DNA of 25,855 bases from assembly GCA_950072105.1 (NCBI GenBank), contig CATMOE010000053.1, positions 1-25,855 of the forward strand. The letters run 5' to 3'. A program made the translations under genes and the position numbers. Position 1 is the stretch's first letter. The number at the start of each line of letters is the position of its first letter. This stretch comes from an uncultured Dehalococcoidia bacterium (GTDB lineage: Bacteria; Chloroflexota; Dehalococcoidia; Lucifugimonadales; UBA3495). Under the pieces are notes generated by a model. That model saw only the letters and a program-made list of their open reading frames with translations, searched no databases and was not told the origin of the DNA. Below, one piece after another: positions 6,482 to 16,563 of the stretch.

Positions 6482-7622
6482 GCCGTTGACACCCCTTCTC
6501 CACCTGCTCGTCCGGTGTGGTCAACGACAGGCGGATGTATCCTTCTCCGTATTGTCCGTAGCTGGAGCCGGGAGTGACTACGATATCCGTTTCCTCCAGC
6601 AGCCTGGCCGCCAGTTCGGCGGAAGTGAATCCCTCGGGAACTCTGGCCCAGATGTACAGGCTGGCCCGGGGCACGTCCACGGTCAAACCCAAAGTGGTAA
6701 GCGCCTTTATGACCCGGTCCCGGCGGCGCTGATAGATCTCCACGTTACTGTCCACGCAGTCCTGAGGTCCGGTAAGAGCCTCGATAGCCATCTGCTGGAT
6801 TGCCTGGGGGATCCCCGAATCCAGGTTGGCTTTAATCTGGAAAAGGGCCTTGATCATGTCGGCGTTACCCACCGCCATGCCGAAGCGCCAACCGGTCATG
6901 TTGTAGGTCTTGGACAGGGAATGGAACTCCAGGCTTACGTCCTTGGCTCCATCCACCTGCATGCAACTGGTGGCCCTATAACCCTCGTAGCCAATCTCGC
7001 TGTAGGCGGCATCGTGGAGCAATGCGATGTCCTTTTCCCGGCAGTAAGCGACCGCCGCGGCCAGATCTTCGTGGGTGGCGACGGCGCTGGTAGGATTGTT
7101 GGGGTAGTTCAACCACATCAGCTTGGCGGCATCGGCTACAGGGCCGGGAATGGCGTCCAATTCGGGAAGCCAGCCGTTCCGTTCGTACAGGGGCATGATG
7201 TGGCTTTCGGCGCCGGCAAACATGGTCCCCACGCCGTAAACGGGATAGGCGGGGTCTGGAATCAAGGCGATGTCGCCTGGGTCTAGGAAGCAGAACGCGG
7301 CGTGGCCGATGCCCTCTTTGGCGCCGATGAGGGGCAGTACTTCCTTGTCCGGGTCCAGTTGGACCCCGAACCGCTGCTCATACCAATGGGCGATCGCCCG
7401 CCGGACTTCCGGCAATCCGTCGGTTTCCGGATACCGGTGGTTGGGCGGGTCCTGGGACGCCTCCATCAACTTGTCGATGATGGGCTGGGGCGTGGGGATG
7501 TCCGGGTCTCCGATACCGAAGGTGACAATATCCACTCCGGCAGCCTTTTTCTCCGCGATGATCCGTGAGATTTCCACGAAAGGATAGGGGGCCAGCTTGC
7601 CCAAACGGTCAGAAAATTTCAT
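6444..7622 (-). CDS. dapL: LL-diaminopimelate aminotransferase
   Basis: Class I/II PLP aminotransferase: [40 protein letters not shown]; adjacent to dapF. Confidence 0.85.
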   Translation of the reverse strand: MKFSDRLGKLAPYPFVEISRIIAEKKAAGVDIVTFGIGDPDIPTPQPIIDKLMEASQDPPNHRYPETDGLPEVRRAIAHWYEQRFGVQLDPDKEVLPLIGAKEGIGHAAFCFLDPGDIALIPDPAYPVYGVGTMFAGAESHIMPLYERNGWLPELDAIPGPVADAAKLMWLNYPNNPTSAVATHEDLAAAVAYCREKDIALLHDAAYSEIGYEGYRATSCMQVDGAKDVSLEFHSLSKTYNMTGWRFGMAVGNADMIKALFQIKANLDSGIPQAIQQMAIEALTGPQDCVDSNVEIYQRRRDRVIKALTTLGLTVDVPRASLYIWARVPEGFTSAELAARLLEETDIVVTPGSSYGQYGEGYIRLSLTTPDEQVEKGCQRLEGWKIPAPQGG

Positions 7623-7659
7623 GTATTCGACACCTTATGGATTACTAGTTCTATTCCGA

Positions 7660-8523
7660 TTAACCTGGCCATTCCCCGGTGAAAACCTCTTCGGCGGGGC
7701 CTTCCAGATACACTTCTCCTTCGCCGTCCCAATCTACGGTTAGGGTGCCGCCTGGAAGTGTTATGTCAACTTTCCCGTCCGCCAGACCCAGCAGACGGGC
7801 GGCCACGGCGATGGCGCAGGCGCCGGTGCCGCAAGCCAAGGTTTCTCCGGACCCGCGCTCCCAGACTCGGGCGGTTAGCTTACCCGGTCCGGTGACGTTA
7901 ACAGTCTCGAAGTTTACCCGGTTGGGGAACATGGAGTGGTGTTCTACCATGGGGCCGATGGTGTGCAAGGGGAATTCCCCCACCGGCTGCTCCAGGAACG
8001 TGACGGCGTGTGGGTTACCCATGGAAACGAACGCCAGGCTTAAGTTCATCCCGTCCACGGCTAGAGGATAGCCGCTAACGAGTCCTCTTGGGTATCCCGA
8101 TGGCGGGTCCAAGCTAACCGGAATGTCATCCGGGTCCAACAGCGGCTCGCCCATGGCTACCCTGGCGCTGACGATGCGGTCTCCGTCGTAGATCGGGACC
8201 ACCGTGCGTACCCCCGCCAGGGTTTCGACTTCGAGTCCGTGGGAGGCTGGAGACGCTAATCCCCGGTCGATGGCGTACTTAGCGAAACACCGGATTCCGT
8301 TACCACACATCTCGCCTTCGGAGCCGTCGGCATTGAACATCCGCATCTTCAGATCTGCGATGCCGGAATCCTCGATCAGGATGATGCCGTCGGCGCCTAC
8401 ACCGAAGTGGCGGTCGCTCATCGATTGAGACAAGCGGGGCCAGTCCGTGCTCCAGTCGTCGTGGTCACGGACGTCGATGTAGAGATAGTCGTTGCCGGCC
8501 CCATGCATCTTGGTGAACTTCAT
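7660..8523 (-). CDS. dapF: Diaminopimelate epimerase
   Basis: MKFTKMHGAGND, EMCGNG, SMGNPH, ERGSGETLACGTG. Confidence 0.97.
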   Translation of the reverse strand: MKFTKMHGAGNDYLYIDVRDHDDWSTDWPRLSQSMSDRHFGVGADGIILIEDSGIADLKMRMFNADGSEGEMCGNGIRCFAKYAIDRGLASPASHGLEVETLAGVRTVVPIYDGDRIVSARVAMGEPLLDPDDIPVSLDPPSGYPRGLVSGYPLAVDGMNLSLAFVSMGNPHAVTFLEQPVGEFPLHTIGPMVEHHSMFPNRVNFETVNVTGPGKLTARVWERGSGETLACGTGACAIAVAARLLGLADGKVDITLPGGTLTVDWDGEGEVYLEGPAEEVFTGEWPG

Positions 8524-8589
8524 CTTGATATTCGGCCTAAATTCTCTCGCCTAGAATACGGGTGAGGTGCGGGGCTATTTTACCACAGC

Positions 8590-9525
8590 CTAGCCTCCGG
8601 CTAAGAAGCCCTCAACCAGGGCCGAAGCCTCGGCTTCCAGATTCGGTGAGGCTGCCGAGAGCCAGTGGATGCGGGGATCTTGAGCCTTGAACCAGGTGTG
8701 CTGCCGCCGGGCCATGCGGTGGGTCTGAAATTTGGTGCGCTGTACCGCTTCGTCGAGCTCGATCTCTCCCGACAGATAGAGGCCCATCTCCAGGTAACCG
8801 GGACTAGCCAAGGCCCCTTTGCCGAGAGGATAGCCCATGCTGGCTAGTGACCTGGCTTCTTCTTCCAGCCCTGTTTCCATCATTATGTCAACGCGTTCAT
8901 CTATGCGCGCGTACAGCTCTTGACGTTCCAAGTTGAGACCGATAACCAGTGGCCGGACAGTTGGCTTGCCTTGGGAAGAGTAGCTGGAGGGTAGCGACTG
9001 AGTTGAGTGGTGGATCTCCAGGGCTCGAATGACCCGGCGAAGGTTCCGGGGGTCCAACTGGGCCGCCCGCTGGGGATCGATGCTCTCTAATTCTCGATAG
9101 AGGGCGAGGGGACCCTGTTCTTCCGCCTCCAGTTCTTTGGCGCGGCGAAACTCGGGGTCAGGAGCGACTTGAGGCACTTGCCAACCTTCCACCAGCGCCC
9201 ATATGTATTGACCCGTGCCTCCAACGGCCATGGGCAAGCGATCACGCCCGAGGATCTGCTGAATCTCTTGGTTTGCTAAGGACAAGAAAGATCCCAGGCC
9301 AAAATCTTGGTCGGGGTCTAGTATGTCCAGAAGGTGATGGGGCGCCTGAGTGCGTTCCTCGGAGGTCGGCTTGGCAGTCCCGATCTCCATGTACCGGTAG
9401 ACCTGCCGGCTGTCTGAGTTGATAATCTCGCCGCCAAAGCGCTGGGCCAAGGATATTGCCAGCCGAGTTTTGCCCACGGCGGTGGGACCGACGATGCAGA
9501 CTAGGGGTGGAGGTTGTGAGAGCAA
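8590..9525 (-). CDS. miaA: tRNA dimethylallyltransferase
   Basis: GPTAVGKT P-loop, DSRQVY, IGTAKP, GGTGQY, RRVIRALE, ARRQHTWF. Confidence 0.97.
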   Translation of the reverse strand: MLSQPPPLVCIVGPTAVGKTRLAISLAQRFGGEIINSDSRQVYRYMEIGTAKPTSEERTQAPHHLLDILDPDQDFGLGSFLSLANQEIQQILGRDRLPMAVGGTGQYIWALVEGWQVPQVAPDPEFRRAKELEAEEQGPLALYRELESIDPQRAAQLDPRNLRRVIRALEIHHSTQSLPSSYSSQGKPTVRPLVIGLNLERQELYARIDERVDIMMETGLEEEARSLASMGYPLGKGALASPGYLEMGLYLSGEIELDEAVQRTKFQTHRMARRQHTWFKAQDPRIHWLSAASPNLEAEASALVEGFLAGG

Positions 9526-9571
9526 CGTGCTTGGTTTCAGCCTTTGAGCCTACACAAAACCGGCCGCCTCC

Positions 9572-10330
9572 CTACAACTTGGCCTCGGCTGTCGCCTGAA
9601 TGATTCGCAAGAACTGGTTCGCGTCCAGGCTGGCTCCACCGACCAGAGCGCCGTGGATGGCTCCCAGCCGCAAGTAGCTTCCGACGTTTTCCGGGTTGAC
9701 ACTGCCCCCGTATAACAGCGGCACATCGTCGGCGGCTTGGCCGAACAGGGCAGTTAGGGATGCTAGCACCGTGCCGCCCATGATCTCGGCGGCAATCTCG
9801 GGGGTGGCCGCTTGGCCGGTGCCGATGGCCCATACGGGCTCATAGGCAACCAACAGACCGGTTATGTCATTTACCCCGGAGAGGGCGTCTCGAAGTTGCT
9901 GCGCTACCACGGCTCCGGCTCTCCCTGCCTCTCGATTCTCCAAGGTCTCACCGACGCACAAGATGGGCTGCAATCCGTGGCTAAATGCTGCTTTGACTTT
10001 CCGGTTGACCTGGTCGTCGGTTTCGCCAAATAGTTGACGCCGTTCGGAATGGCCTAAGACGACGTATTCGCACAACCCCTGCAACATCAAGGGTCCAACT
10101 TCCCCGGTGTACGCCCCCGAGTCCTCGAAGTGCATGTTTTGAGCCCCTACCTTGATCGGCGAGCCCTGCACCGCGTCCCGCACCGGTTGCAGGGCGATGA
10201 AAGGGGGGCAAAGTACGATTTCTACCCCTGACGACATGCGCAGGCCGTCGCGCACTCCAGTGGCCAAACGGGTAGCCTCATGGACAGTGGTGTTCATCTT
10301 CCAGTTGCCAGCTATGGTAGGAACCGGCAT
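9572..10330 (-). CDS. tpiA: Triosephosphate isomerase
   Basis: AGNWKMN, GHSERR, AYEPVWAIGTG, LYGGSV, LVGGASL. ATG at 10330 preceded by GGAGG. Confidence 0.97.
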   Translation of the reverse strand: MPVPTIAGNWKMNTTVHEATRLATGVRDGLRMSSGVEIVLCPPFIALQPVRDAVQGSPIKVGAQNMHFEDSGAYTGEVGPLMLQGLCEYVVLGHSERRQLFGETDDQVNRKVKAAFSHGLQPILCVGETLENREAGRAGAVVAQQLRDALSGVNDITGLLVAYEPVWAIGTGQAATPEIAAEIMGGTVLASLTALFGQAADDVPLLYGGSVNPENVGSYLRLGAIHGALVGGASLDANQFLRIIQATAEAKL

Positions 10331-10401
10331 GGCGCCTGCCTCCATCTTATTTGAGGATAGTCCTAAGTACTGCGTCAATCTGAAGATGATGTGTACGGTG
10401 G

Positions 10402-10485
10402 CATCCCCACTCTAACTCTCCCCCATGAAGGGGGAGAGGGTAAATCCCTTCCCCCTGGACGGGAGAAGGTTAGGATGGGGGTGGC
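10402..10485. repeat. REP-like branched palindromic intergenic repeat
   Basis: Outer arms CATCCCCACTCTAAC / GTTAGGATGGGGGTG enclose two hairpins (CTCTCCCCC-ATGAA-GGGGGAGAG and CCTTCCCCC...GGGAGAAGG). 10444-10485 is 36/42 identical to 23274-23315. Confidence 0.7.
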
Positions 10486-10542
10486 TCCCTACATTAAAAT
10501 CATCTGGAAACAGTGCTTTTTAAAACGTGAAATTAGCGGTTG

Positions 10543-11748
10543 TTAAGGACCGTATTTGTTCAACTTGCCGGCGTGGGACATGGCCAGGAGCATGACCTGG
10601 GTGGCTAGGATGCTGCCAACAGAGCCCTGGGCGCAGGTCCTCTCGTTGAATCCCGGCACTCCCTCTCCCCGGGTCAGCTTGGAGTGGAGCATGAACGGGA
10701 CCGGATGCCAGCTGTGGGCCGCCATGATCGCCGGGGTTGAGTGGTCTCCGGCCACCAGGAAAACGTCCGGTTCCAGCTCCCTTATTTGGGGGATGAACGG
10801 GTCCAAATCCTCCAGACACTTTACCTTGGCGTCGAAGTCTCCGTCCTCGCCTGCAGCGTCGGCCGGCTTGTAATGGATGAAGAAAAAGTCGTGGTTATTG
10901 AAATTTTGCCGAAGGGTTTCCACTTCGTCGCCAAAGGTATGGCCGGTGGGAATCACTTTCATTCCCGCCACCTCGGCTAGCCCGCGATACATGGGGTAGG
11001 CTGCGATCCCTGCCGTGTTGAGCCGATAGACCTCGCCCATGGGCGGCAGATCGGGTAACCGGGCGAAGCCCCTTAGCAGCACCATGTTGGCCCGCTCCTC
11101 CTCGGCCAAGAACTTGCCGGCCTGGGCCACGAACTCGTTGACCAGGGCGGCGGTTCGTGTTGCCCCGGGGGCCAAAGGTTTCACTGTCAGGGGCGCCGCG
11201 GCGGTTACCTGAGGGTCCGTTTCCGATATGAACTCGGAAAGACCTTCTCCCCGCAACCGTAGCACGAACCGGTAGTCTTGCACGGGGAAGACGTCAAGCT
11301 GAACTCCGTCAATCTCGATTTTGTCCAATCGCTCGCAGAGGGGGGCACTAAGCTGGGTGGGAATCCGGCCGGCCCGACGGTCCACGAGCAGACCGTCACC
11401 GTCAACCAAACAGAAGTTGCCCCGGGCGGCTATGTCCCCGGGTTGGAGGGCCACGTCGATGCCCAGTGCTTCCAGGGCGCCGCGGCCGATCATGTGTTTC
11501 AAAGGGTCGTAACCGAACAAAGCCAGGTGACCAGGTCCGCTACCGGGCGCGACTCCGGGCAAAACCGGCGTCGTAAGGCCGCAAGCGCTCTCCTGGGCCA
11601 TGGCGTCCAGGTTGGGGATATGGGCTGTTTCCAATTCAGAAAGACGCGTATCGGGATGCGCCAATCCACCCAATCCGTCCACAACTAACAAGACGATCTT
11701 AGAAGGTGTAGAAGTGTAACAGTCTCGGAGTTCTTCTTGGTCTATCAT
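10543..11748 (-). CDS. apgM: 2,3-bisphosphoglycerate-independent phosphoglycerate mutase, archaeal type
   Basis: VVDGLGG, PGSGPGHLALFGYD, DRRAGRI, GDHSTP, HSWHPVP; lies between pgk and tpiA. ATG at 11748 after GGAGG. Confidence 0.88.
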   Translation of the reverse strand: MIDQEELRDCYTSTPSKIVLLVVDGLGGLAHPDTRLSELETAHIPNLDAMAQESACGLTTPVLPGVAPGSGPGHLALFGYDPLKHMIGRGALEALGIDVALQPGDIAARGNFCLVDGDGLLVDRRAGRIPTQLSAPLCERLDKIEIDGVQLDVFPVQDYRFVLRLRGEGLSEFISETDPQVTAAAPLTVKPLAPGATRTAALVNEFVAQAGKFLAEEERANMVLLRGFARLPDLPPMGEVYRLNTAGIAAYPMYRGLAEVAGMKVIPTGHTFGDEVETLRQNFNNHDFFFIHYKPADAAGEDGDFDAKVKCLEDLDPFIPQIRELEPDVFLVAGDHSTPAIMAAHSWHPVPFMLHSKLTRGEGVPGFNERTCAQGSVGSILATQVMLLAMSHAGKLNKYGP

Positions 11749-11813
11749 GGTTGCACCCCCTCCCATCCGAATGCAGAATCGCCGAGTCGACGTGACAAAA
11801 AGTGTACCCCTTT

Positions 11814-13007
11814 TCAGGCTTCTGGCAAAGCGGCGATCCCCGGCAACTCTTTGCCCTCCAGAAACTCCAGAGATGCCCCGCCGCCGGTGGAGACATGGGT
11901 CATCCGGTCCATCAAGCCCATTTCCTCCACCGCTTCGGCCGTCGAACCGCCGCCAACCACGGTGGTAACCCCCTCCGCCCCGGCGATCCCTTGGGCCACC
12001 ATCCTAGTGCCTTGGCTGAACCGGGGAATCTCGAACACACCCATGGGCCCGTTCCAGATGATGGTCCGGCACGCCGCCAATTCTCTGGCAAACTGTTTCG
12101 CGGAATCGTCTCCCACGTCCATTATGAACCAATCGTCGGGCACCTGTCCCGATGCAACGGTTTTGACTTCACCGTCGTCGCCAAAACGGTCGGCTACGAC
12201 CAGATCGCCGGGAAGATGCACCTGAATATTTCGTTGTTCGGCCCGCTCCATCAATTCCTTGACGAAGTCCAGCCGGTCGGTTTCCACCGAAGAGGCGCCG
12301 GTATTGACTCCCAGGGCTTTCAGGAAGGTTACGCACATTCCGCCGCCGATGAAAATGTGATCCAGCTTGTCCAGCAGGTTTTCCAACACCAGAATCTTGT
12401 CGCTGACCTTGGCCCCACCCAGTAGCGCCGCCAGGGGACGCTCCGGCGACTCCAAGGCTCGGCCCATGGATTCTACTTCTCTCTGCACCAACAATCCCAT
12501 AGCGGATGGAAGCAGTTTCGGCAACCCCACGGTAGAGGCATGAGCCCGGTGAGCAACGGCAAAAGCGTCCATGACGAAGCGATCGGAGATCGCGGCTAGG
12601 TCCCGGCTGAACTGCGAGTCGTTTTTCTCTTCGCCGGGGTGGAAGCGGAGGTTTTCCAGCAGAACGACGTCGCCGGGAGCCATGTCCGCGACGGCGGTGG
12701 CCACTCCCGGCCCGACGCAATCGTCGAGGCTTTTAACCGGCCTGTCCAACAGAAAGCCCAACCGGTCTCCCACGGGGGCCAACCGCAGCTCCTCCGTAAC
12801 TTTACCGCCGGGACGTCCTAGGTGTGAGCAAAGTATCACTCTGCAGTCTCGTTCCAACAGATAATGGATGGTGGGCAAGGTGGCCCGCAGGCGCTGGTCG
12901 TAGGAGGCGATGGCTTCGATACCTTGCTCGATGGGAATGTTGAAGTCGACGCGGACCAGCACCCGCTTGCCGGCCACATCCAGACCGGACAGGCCGCGTT
13001 TAGTCAT
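11814..13007 (-). CDS. pgk: Phosphoglycerate kinase
   Basis: RVDFN, SHLGRP, LLENLRF, GGAKVSDK, WNGPMGVFE, HVSTGGGASLEFLEG. Confidence 0.97.
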   Translation of the reverse strand: MTKRGLSGLDVAGKRVLVRVDFNIPIEQGIEAIASYDQRLRATLPTIHYLLERDCRVILCSHLGRPGGKVTEELRLAPVGDRLGFLLDRPVKSLDDCVGPGVATAVADMAPGDVVLLENLRFHPGEEKNDSQFSRDLAAISDRFVMDAFAVAHRAHASTVGLPKLLPSAMGLLVQREVESMGRALESPERPLAALLGGAKVSDKILVLENLLDKLDHIFIGGGMCVTFLKALGVNTGASSVETDRLDFVKELMERAEQRNIQVHLPGDLVVADRFGDDGEVKTVASGQVPDDWFIMDVGDDSAKQFARELAACRTIIWNGPMGVFEIPRFSQGTRMVAQGIAGAEGVTTVVGGGSTAEAVEEMGLMDRMTHVSTGGGASLEFLEGKELPGIAALPEA

Positions 13008-14022
13008 GGCCGTTGCCTTCCAACGCCCAGTCTGTCAGATCACGCAACGGCCCTGATCCTTCAGCAGCTAGACCGGTTCCGCTCAACGCTTCTTTGGCAA
13101 GCTCGCGGGCTCTGGATTCGGCGAACTGGCGAGCCCCGCCTTGGTCTAGGATGGCGATCACTTGGGTAACGTCCTCGGGTTGCAGCACCCGCTTCATATA
13201 TACATTGCCCAATGCGCGTTTATCGGCCAATGAGGAGTTTTCCAAGGCGTAGATCAGGGGCAGGCTCTTCTTCTTGTTCAACATGTTGCTGGAAGTCATC
13301 CCGTCGTCCCTTCTCCCCCACAGGTCCGCGATATCCAGGCTGATCTGCCAGGCCATTCCCAAGCCTTGTCCCATCTTCTGGTAGGCGGCGCGGACATTGT
13401 CGTCTGCTCCGGCGGCGATGGCGCCCAGCTCGGTTGCGCACCCGGTCAAGGCCCCGGTCTTACGGCCAATCATGTCGTGGTAATCGGCGCTGGTGACCAT
13501 CAACTTTTCCTGGAATTCCAGGTCCATGTACTGGCCTTCGCACAGCGCTAGGCAGGCCTTGTCCAGGGAAGTGACGGCCGGAAGGACCCGCTCCGGGGGA
13601 ATGCCCCGTTGAGCCAGGCGCATTATAGTGTTGCGCCCCAGAGCGTGCAACCCATCGCCCACGTTGATCGCTTGCGCCGGGCCCCAGACCCACCAGACGC
13701 TGGGCCGGTCCTCGGACACTGCTCGGTTGGACTGGACGTCGCCATGAACCAGGGTGTAGTTGTGAATCAATTCGATACCGGCCGCCGCCGGAAGGGAGAC
13801 GGAATAATCGCCTGATAGGGCTTGGCAACATACCATGGTGAGCATCGACTGAAAGTGGAGGCGGGGAGGCGAGTCCTGAGGTGTGCCCTGTTGGTCGGTC
13901 CAGCCCATGTGGTAGCGGAGCAAATCGTAGAGAAAACCCTCGCGGGAGGCGAAGACATCCTTCATTTCCGCTTCCAGGGCGTTGAGGTGGGGTTCGAATT
14001 GGGCTATCGGCACTGGAATCAC
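13000..14022 (-). CDS. Polyprenyl-diphosphate synthase homologue with degenerate active-site motifs
   Basis: Scaffold motifs present (LRYHMGW, ELIHNYTLVH, AINVGD, EGQYMD, KTGAL, GMAWQI), but the first DDxxD reads GDVQS, the second reads LDIAD, and GKRxRP and the RR loop are absent. Confidence 0.85.
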   Translation of the reverse strand: MIPVPIAQFEPHLNALEAEMKDVFASREGFLYDLLRYHMGWTDQQGTPQDSPPRLHFQSMLTMVCCQALSGDYSVSLPAAAGIELIHNYTLVHGDVQSNRAVSEDRPSVWWVWGPAQAINVGDGLHALGRNTIMRLAQRGIPPERVLPAVTSLDKACLALCEGQYMDLEFQEKLMVTSADYHDMIGRKTGALTGCATELGAIAAGADDNVRAAYQKMGQGLGMAWQISLDIADLWGRRDDGMTSSNMLNKKKSLPLIYALENSSLADKRALGNVYMKRVLQPEDVTQVIAILDQGGARQFAESRARELAKEALSGTGLAAEGSGPLRDLTDWALEGNGHD

Positions 14023-14068
14023 GCCTCTCGACTAATTAATCTCGGCTTGGCTTAAAGTCTACCAGAAC

Positions 14069-14680
14069 CTACCCGGCAGTCTCCAGGATCTCTTGCAACG
14101 AAATGGCCCCTTCTCGAAGCAGTTGGGGAGCATCGCCGGTGACATCTACGATGGTGGAGGGTGTGCCTGCGGGGACCGGGCCGGCTTGGATTATGTAATC
14201 TACCAGGCCGCCCAGCTGGGTTTCCAGGGCGCTTAGATCCAGCAGGTCCGGTTGGCCGCTAAGGTTGGCGCTGGTACCGGTGATGGGGCGTCCTAGGCGG
14301 CGAGCCAACGCTAAAGGCACCAGATGGTCAGGCATGCGCACCGCCACCGTATCCGCTCCTCCTGTCACCAAGTCGGGTAGCTCGGGCGACCGCCGCATGA
14401 CCAAGGTAAGCGGGCCTGGCCAGAACCGTTGCGCCAACCGGCGGGCCTGGCTGCTCATGGGCAATGCGACCGCCTCGACCTGGTCCAAACCAGCCACCAA
14501 TACCGGCAACGCCAGGTTCGCCGGCCTGCCTTTAATGGAAAAGATTCGTTGGAGAGCTGGGAGGGAAAAAACGTCGGCTCCCAAGCCATAAAGGGTATCC
14601 GTGGGGAAAACCACCACCCCTCCGTTGCCGAGGGAGCGGGTTGCCCTCTCAAGCTCGATCATCTGGCTTTCGGAGCTCAA
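14069..14680 (-). CDS. tsaC: Threonylcarbamoyl-AMP synthase (single-domain TsaC/YrdC, Sua5 family)
   Basis: FPTDTLYGLG, IKGR, FWPGPLTL, TSANLSG, PSTIVD, LREGAI. TTG start with GGAG upstream. Confidence 0.93.
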   Translation of the reverse strand: MSSESQMIELERATRSLGNGGVVVFPTDTLYGLGADVFSLPALQRIFSIKGRPANLALPVLVAGLDQVEAVALPMSSQARRLAQRFWPGPLTLVMRRSPELPDLVTGGADTVAVRMPDHLVPLALARRLGRPITGTSANLSGQPDLLDLSALETQLGGLVDYIIQAGPVPAGTPSTIVDVTGDAPQLLREGAISLQEILETAG

Positions 14681-14828
14681 CCGATGCTCCAGGATTTAAT
14701 CCGTCCAAACATTCCAGACACCTTCATTGGGTATCCCATGACCGGTGTGACAGTCTTCATCCTTCCTGATAAAATCGGTCATGACGTTATGACAATCCCC
14801 ACGCCTATACTCCCCAGGTTTTCATGGT

Positions 14829-14834
14829 TATAAT
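14829..14834 (+). promoter_or_regulatory. Putative -10 element upstream of guaA
   Basis: Perfect TATAAT in the divergent tsaC/guaA intergenic region; no convincing -35. Confidence 0.35.
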
Positions 14835-14882
14835 ACCATCCACCAAGCGGTCCCCCGACGGTCAATATAGGGTAGAAGTTGT

Positions 14883-16562
14883 GTGGATAGAGGAGGCGCT
14901 GCTACGACAGAAGGGAAGTTGCCGAGAGGCCGGAGGGTGGCTACCAGCGACGACCTAGAAGTCTCCGCTTATCTGGAGATCGCCGAAGGACGGGCTTCCG
15001 AAGCGGAGAATGAACCACAGTCGGTCAACGAGGGCATAATCGTTATCGACTTCGGCTCTCAGTACAGCCACCTGATCGCTCGCCGCATCAGAGAACTCAA
15101 AGTATATTCCGAGGTTTTTACCGCTTCCAGCACCTGGGAGACGGTCCGGCACATCAACCCCAAGGGCGTTATCCTCTCCGGCGGCCCTGCCAGCGTTTAC
15201 GACCCCGGCGCCCCCCGGATCCCCGATTGGGTCTTCGAACGTGATCTGCCCGTGCTGGGTATCTGTTACGGCATGCAAGCCCTGGTTCACCAACTGGGCG
15301 GAGAGGTGGTTCCAGGTCAATCGCAAGAATACGGTTCGGCTGTACTCCATCAGGATGGAGGCGAGGCCTCCCTATTCACGGAGTTGCCCCCCACTTTCCA
15401 GGTGTGGATGAGCCACGGTGACCGGATAGCCACTTTACCTCCGGGATTCAGCAGCCTGGCCTATACCGAGAATTCTCCGGTGGCCGCGCTGGGCAATGGG
15501 AACGGTATATTCGGTCTGCAGTTCCATCCGGAAGTTAATCACACCCCTTTGGGCCAGTCGATATTAGAAAACTTCCTGGTGCGGACCTGCGATTGCCGGG
15601 AATCCTGGACCCCCGGGAACTTCGTAAGCGACTCGATCAAACGCATCCAAGAGCAGGTGGGAGACGGGCGGGTGATTTGCGCCCTTTCCGGCGGGGTCGA
15701 TTCCGCGGTTACCGCCATGCTGCTCCACAAGGCTATCGGCGACCAACTGACCTGCATCTTCGTTAACAACGGTCTGCTGCGGTTGGAGGAGCCCGAGCGG
15801 GTGCAGGACACCTTCAAGCGTAACATGGGCTTGAACCTGGTTTATGCCGATGCCAGCGAGCGGTTCCTTACGGAGCTTGCCGGGGTCATCGACCCGGAGC
15901 AGAAACGTAAAGTCATCGGCGAAGAGTTCATACGGGTGTTCGAAGAGGCTGCATCCGGCTTGGGTCAGACCGACTTTCTGGCCCAGGGGACTCTGTATCC
16001 CGACGTCATCGAAAGCGAAACTCCGGAGAACCGCGCCTCGGCCCGTATCAAGACCCACCACAACGTGGGAGGCCTTCCAGAGAACATGAAGCTAAAACTG
16101 GTTGAGCCCCTGCGATACCTTTTCAAAGATGAGGTCCGCCAGGTTGGATTGGAGCTGGGCCTGCCGGAAGAGATGGTATACCGGCAGCCCTTCCCCGGCC
16201 CGGGTTTGGCCATCAGAATCATCGGTGAAGTCACTGTGGAACGTTGTGACATGCTGAGAGCCTGCGATTGGATCGTTATCGACGAGATCAAGGCGGCCGG
16301 CTTGTACGGGCAGATATGGCAGAGCTTCGCCGTCCTCACCGACAACCGCACCGTTGGGGTGATGGGAGACTACCGGACCTACGGCTTTGTGTGCGCGATA
16401 AGGGCCGTTAGCAGCGAAGACGCCATGACCGCGGATTGGGTGCGCCTTCCCTATGAGGTTCTGGCTCGCATGTCCAACCGCATTGTGAACGAGGTTCCGG
16501 GAGTGACCAGGGTGGTCTACGACATCACCAGTAAACCTCCGGGTACGATAGAGTGGGAATAG
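14883..16562 (+). CDS. guaA: GMP synthase (glutamine-hydrolysing)
   Basis: [49 protein letters not shown]. Start uncertain (GTG 14883 or GTG 14937). Confidence 0.97.
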   Translation: MDRGGAATTEGKLPRGRRVATSDDLEVSAYLEIAEGRASEAENEPQSVNEGIIVIDFGSQYSHLIARRIRELKVYSEVFTASSTWETVRHINPKGVILSGGPASVYDPGAPRIPDWVFERDLPVLGICYGMQALVHQLGGEVVPGQSQEYGSAVLHQDGGEASLFTELPPTFQVWMSHGDRIATLPPGFSSLAYTENSPVAALGNGNGIFGLQFHPEVNHTPLGQSILENFLVRTCDCRESWTPGNFVSDSIKRIQEQVGDGRVICALSGGVDSAVTAMLLHKAIGDQLTCIFVNNGLLRLEEPERVQDTFKRNMGLNLVYADASERFLTELAGVIDPEQKRKVIGEEFIRVFEEAASGLGQTDFLAQGTLYPDVIESETPENRASARIKTHHNVGGLPENMKLKLVEPLRYLFKDEVRQVGLELGLPEEMVYRQPFPGPGLAIRIIGEVTVERCDMLRACDWIVIDEIKAAGLYGQIWQSFAVLTDNRTVGVMGDYRTYGFVCAIRAVSSEDAMTADWVRLPYEVLARMSNRIVNEVPGVTRVVYDITSKPPGTIEWE

Positions 16563-16563
16563 G

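Noticed and set aside
7761..7771. XerD-like TTATGTCAACT in dapF (similar one at 8883 in miaA)
   Set aside because: Explained by Val-Asp-Ile codons on the coding strand, with no partner arm. It shows single arms arise by chance.
5255..9525. miaA-dapF-dapL-hflX linkage and the short HflX C-terminus as novel
   Set aside because: miaA/dapF/hflX clustering and HflX lacking the C-terminal domain are known in other bacteria.
14681..14882. Purine or ZTP riboswitch upstream of guaA (also sought at 23098-23353 before purS)
   Set aside because: Conserved cores (purine UUUCUACC/CCGUAAA; ZTP GACUGGCG...CGCCUGGG) were not found.
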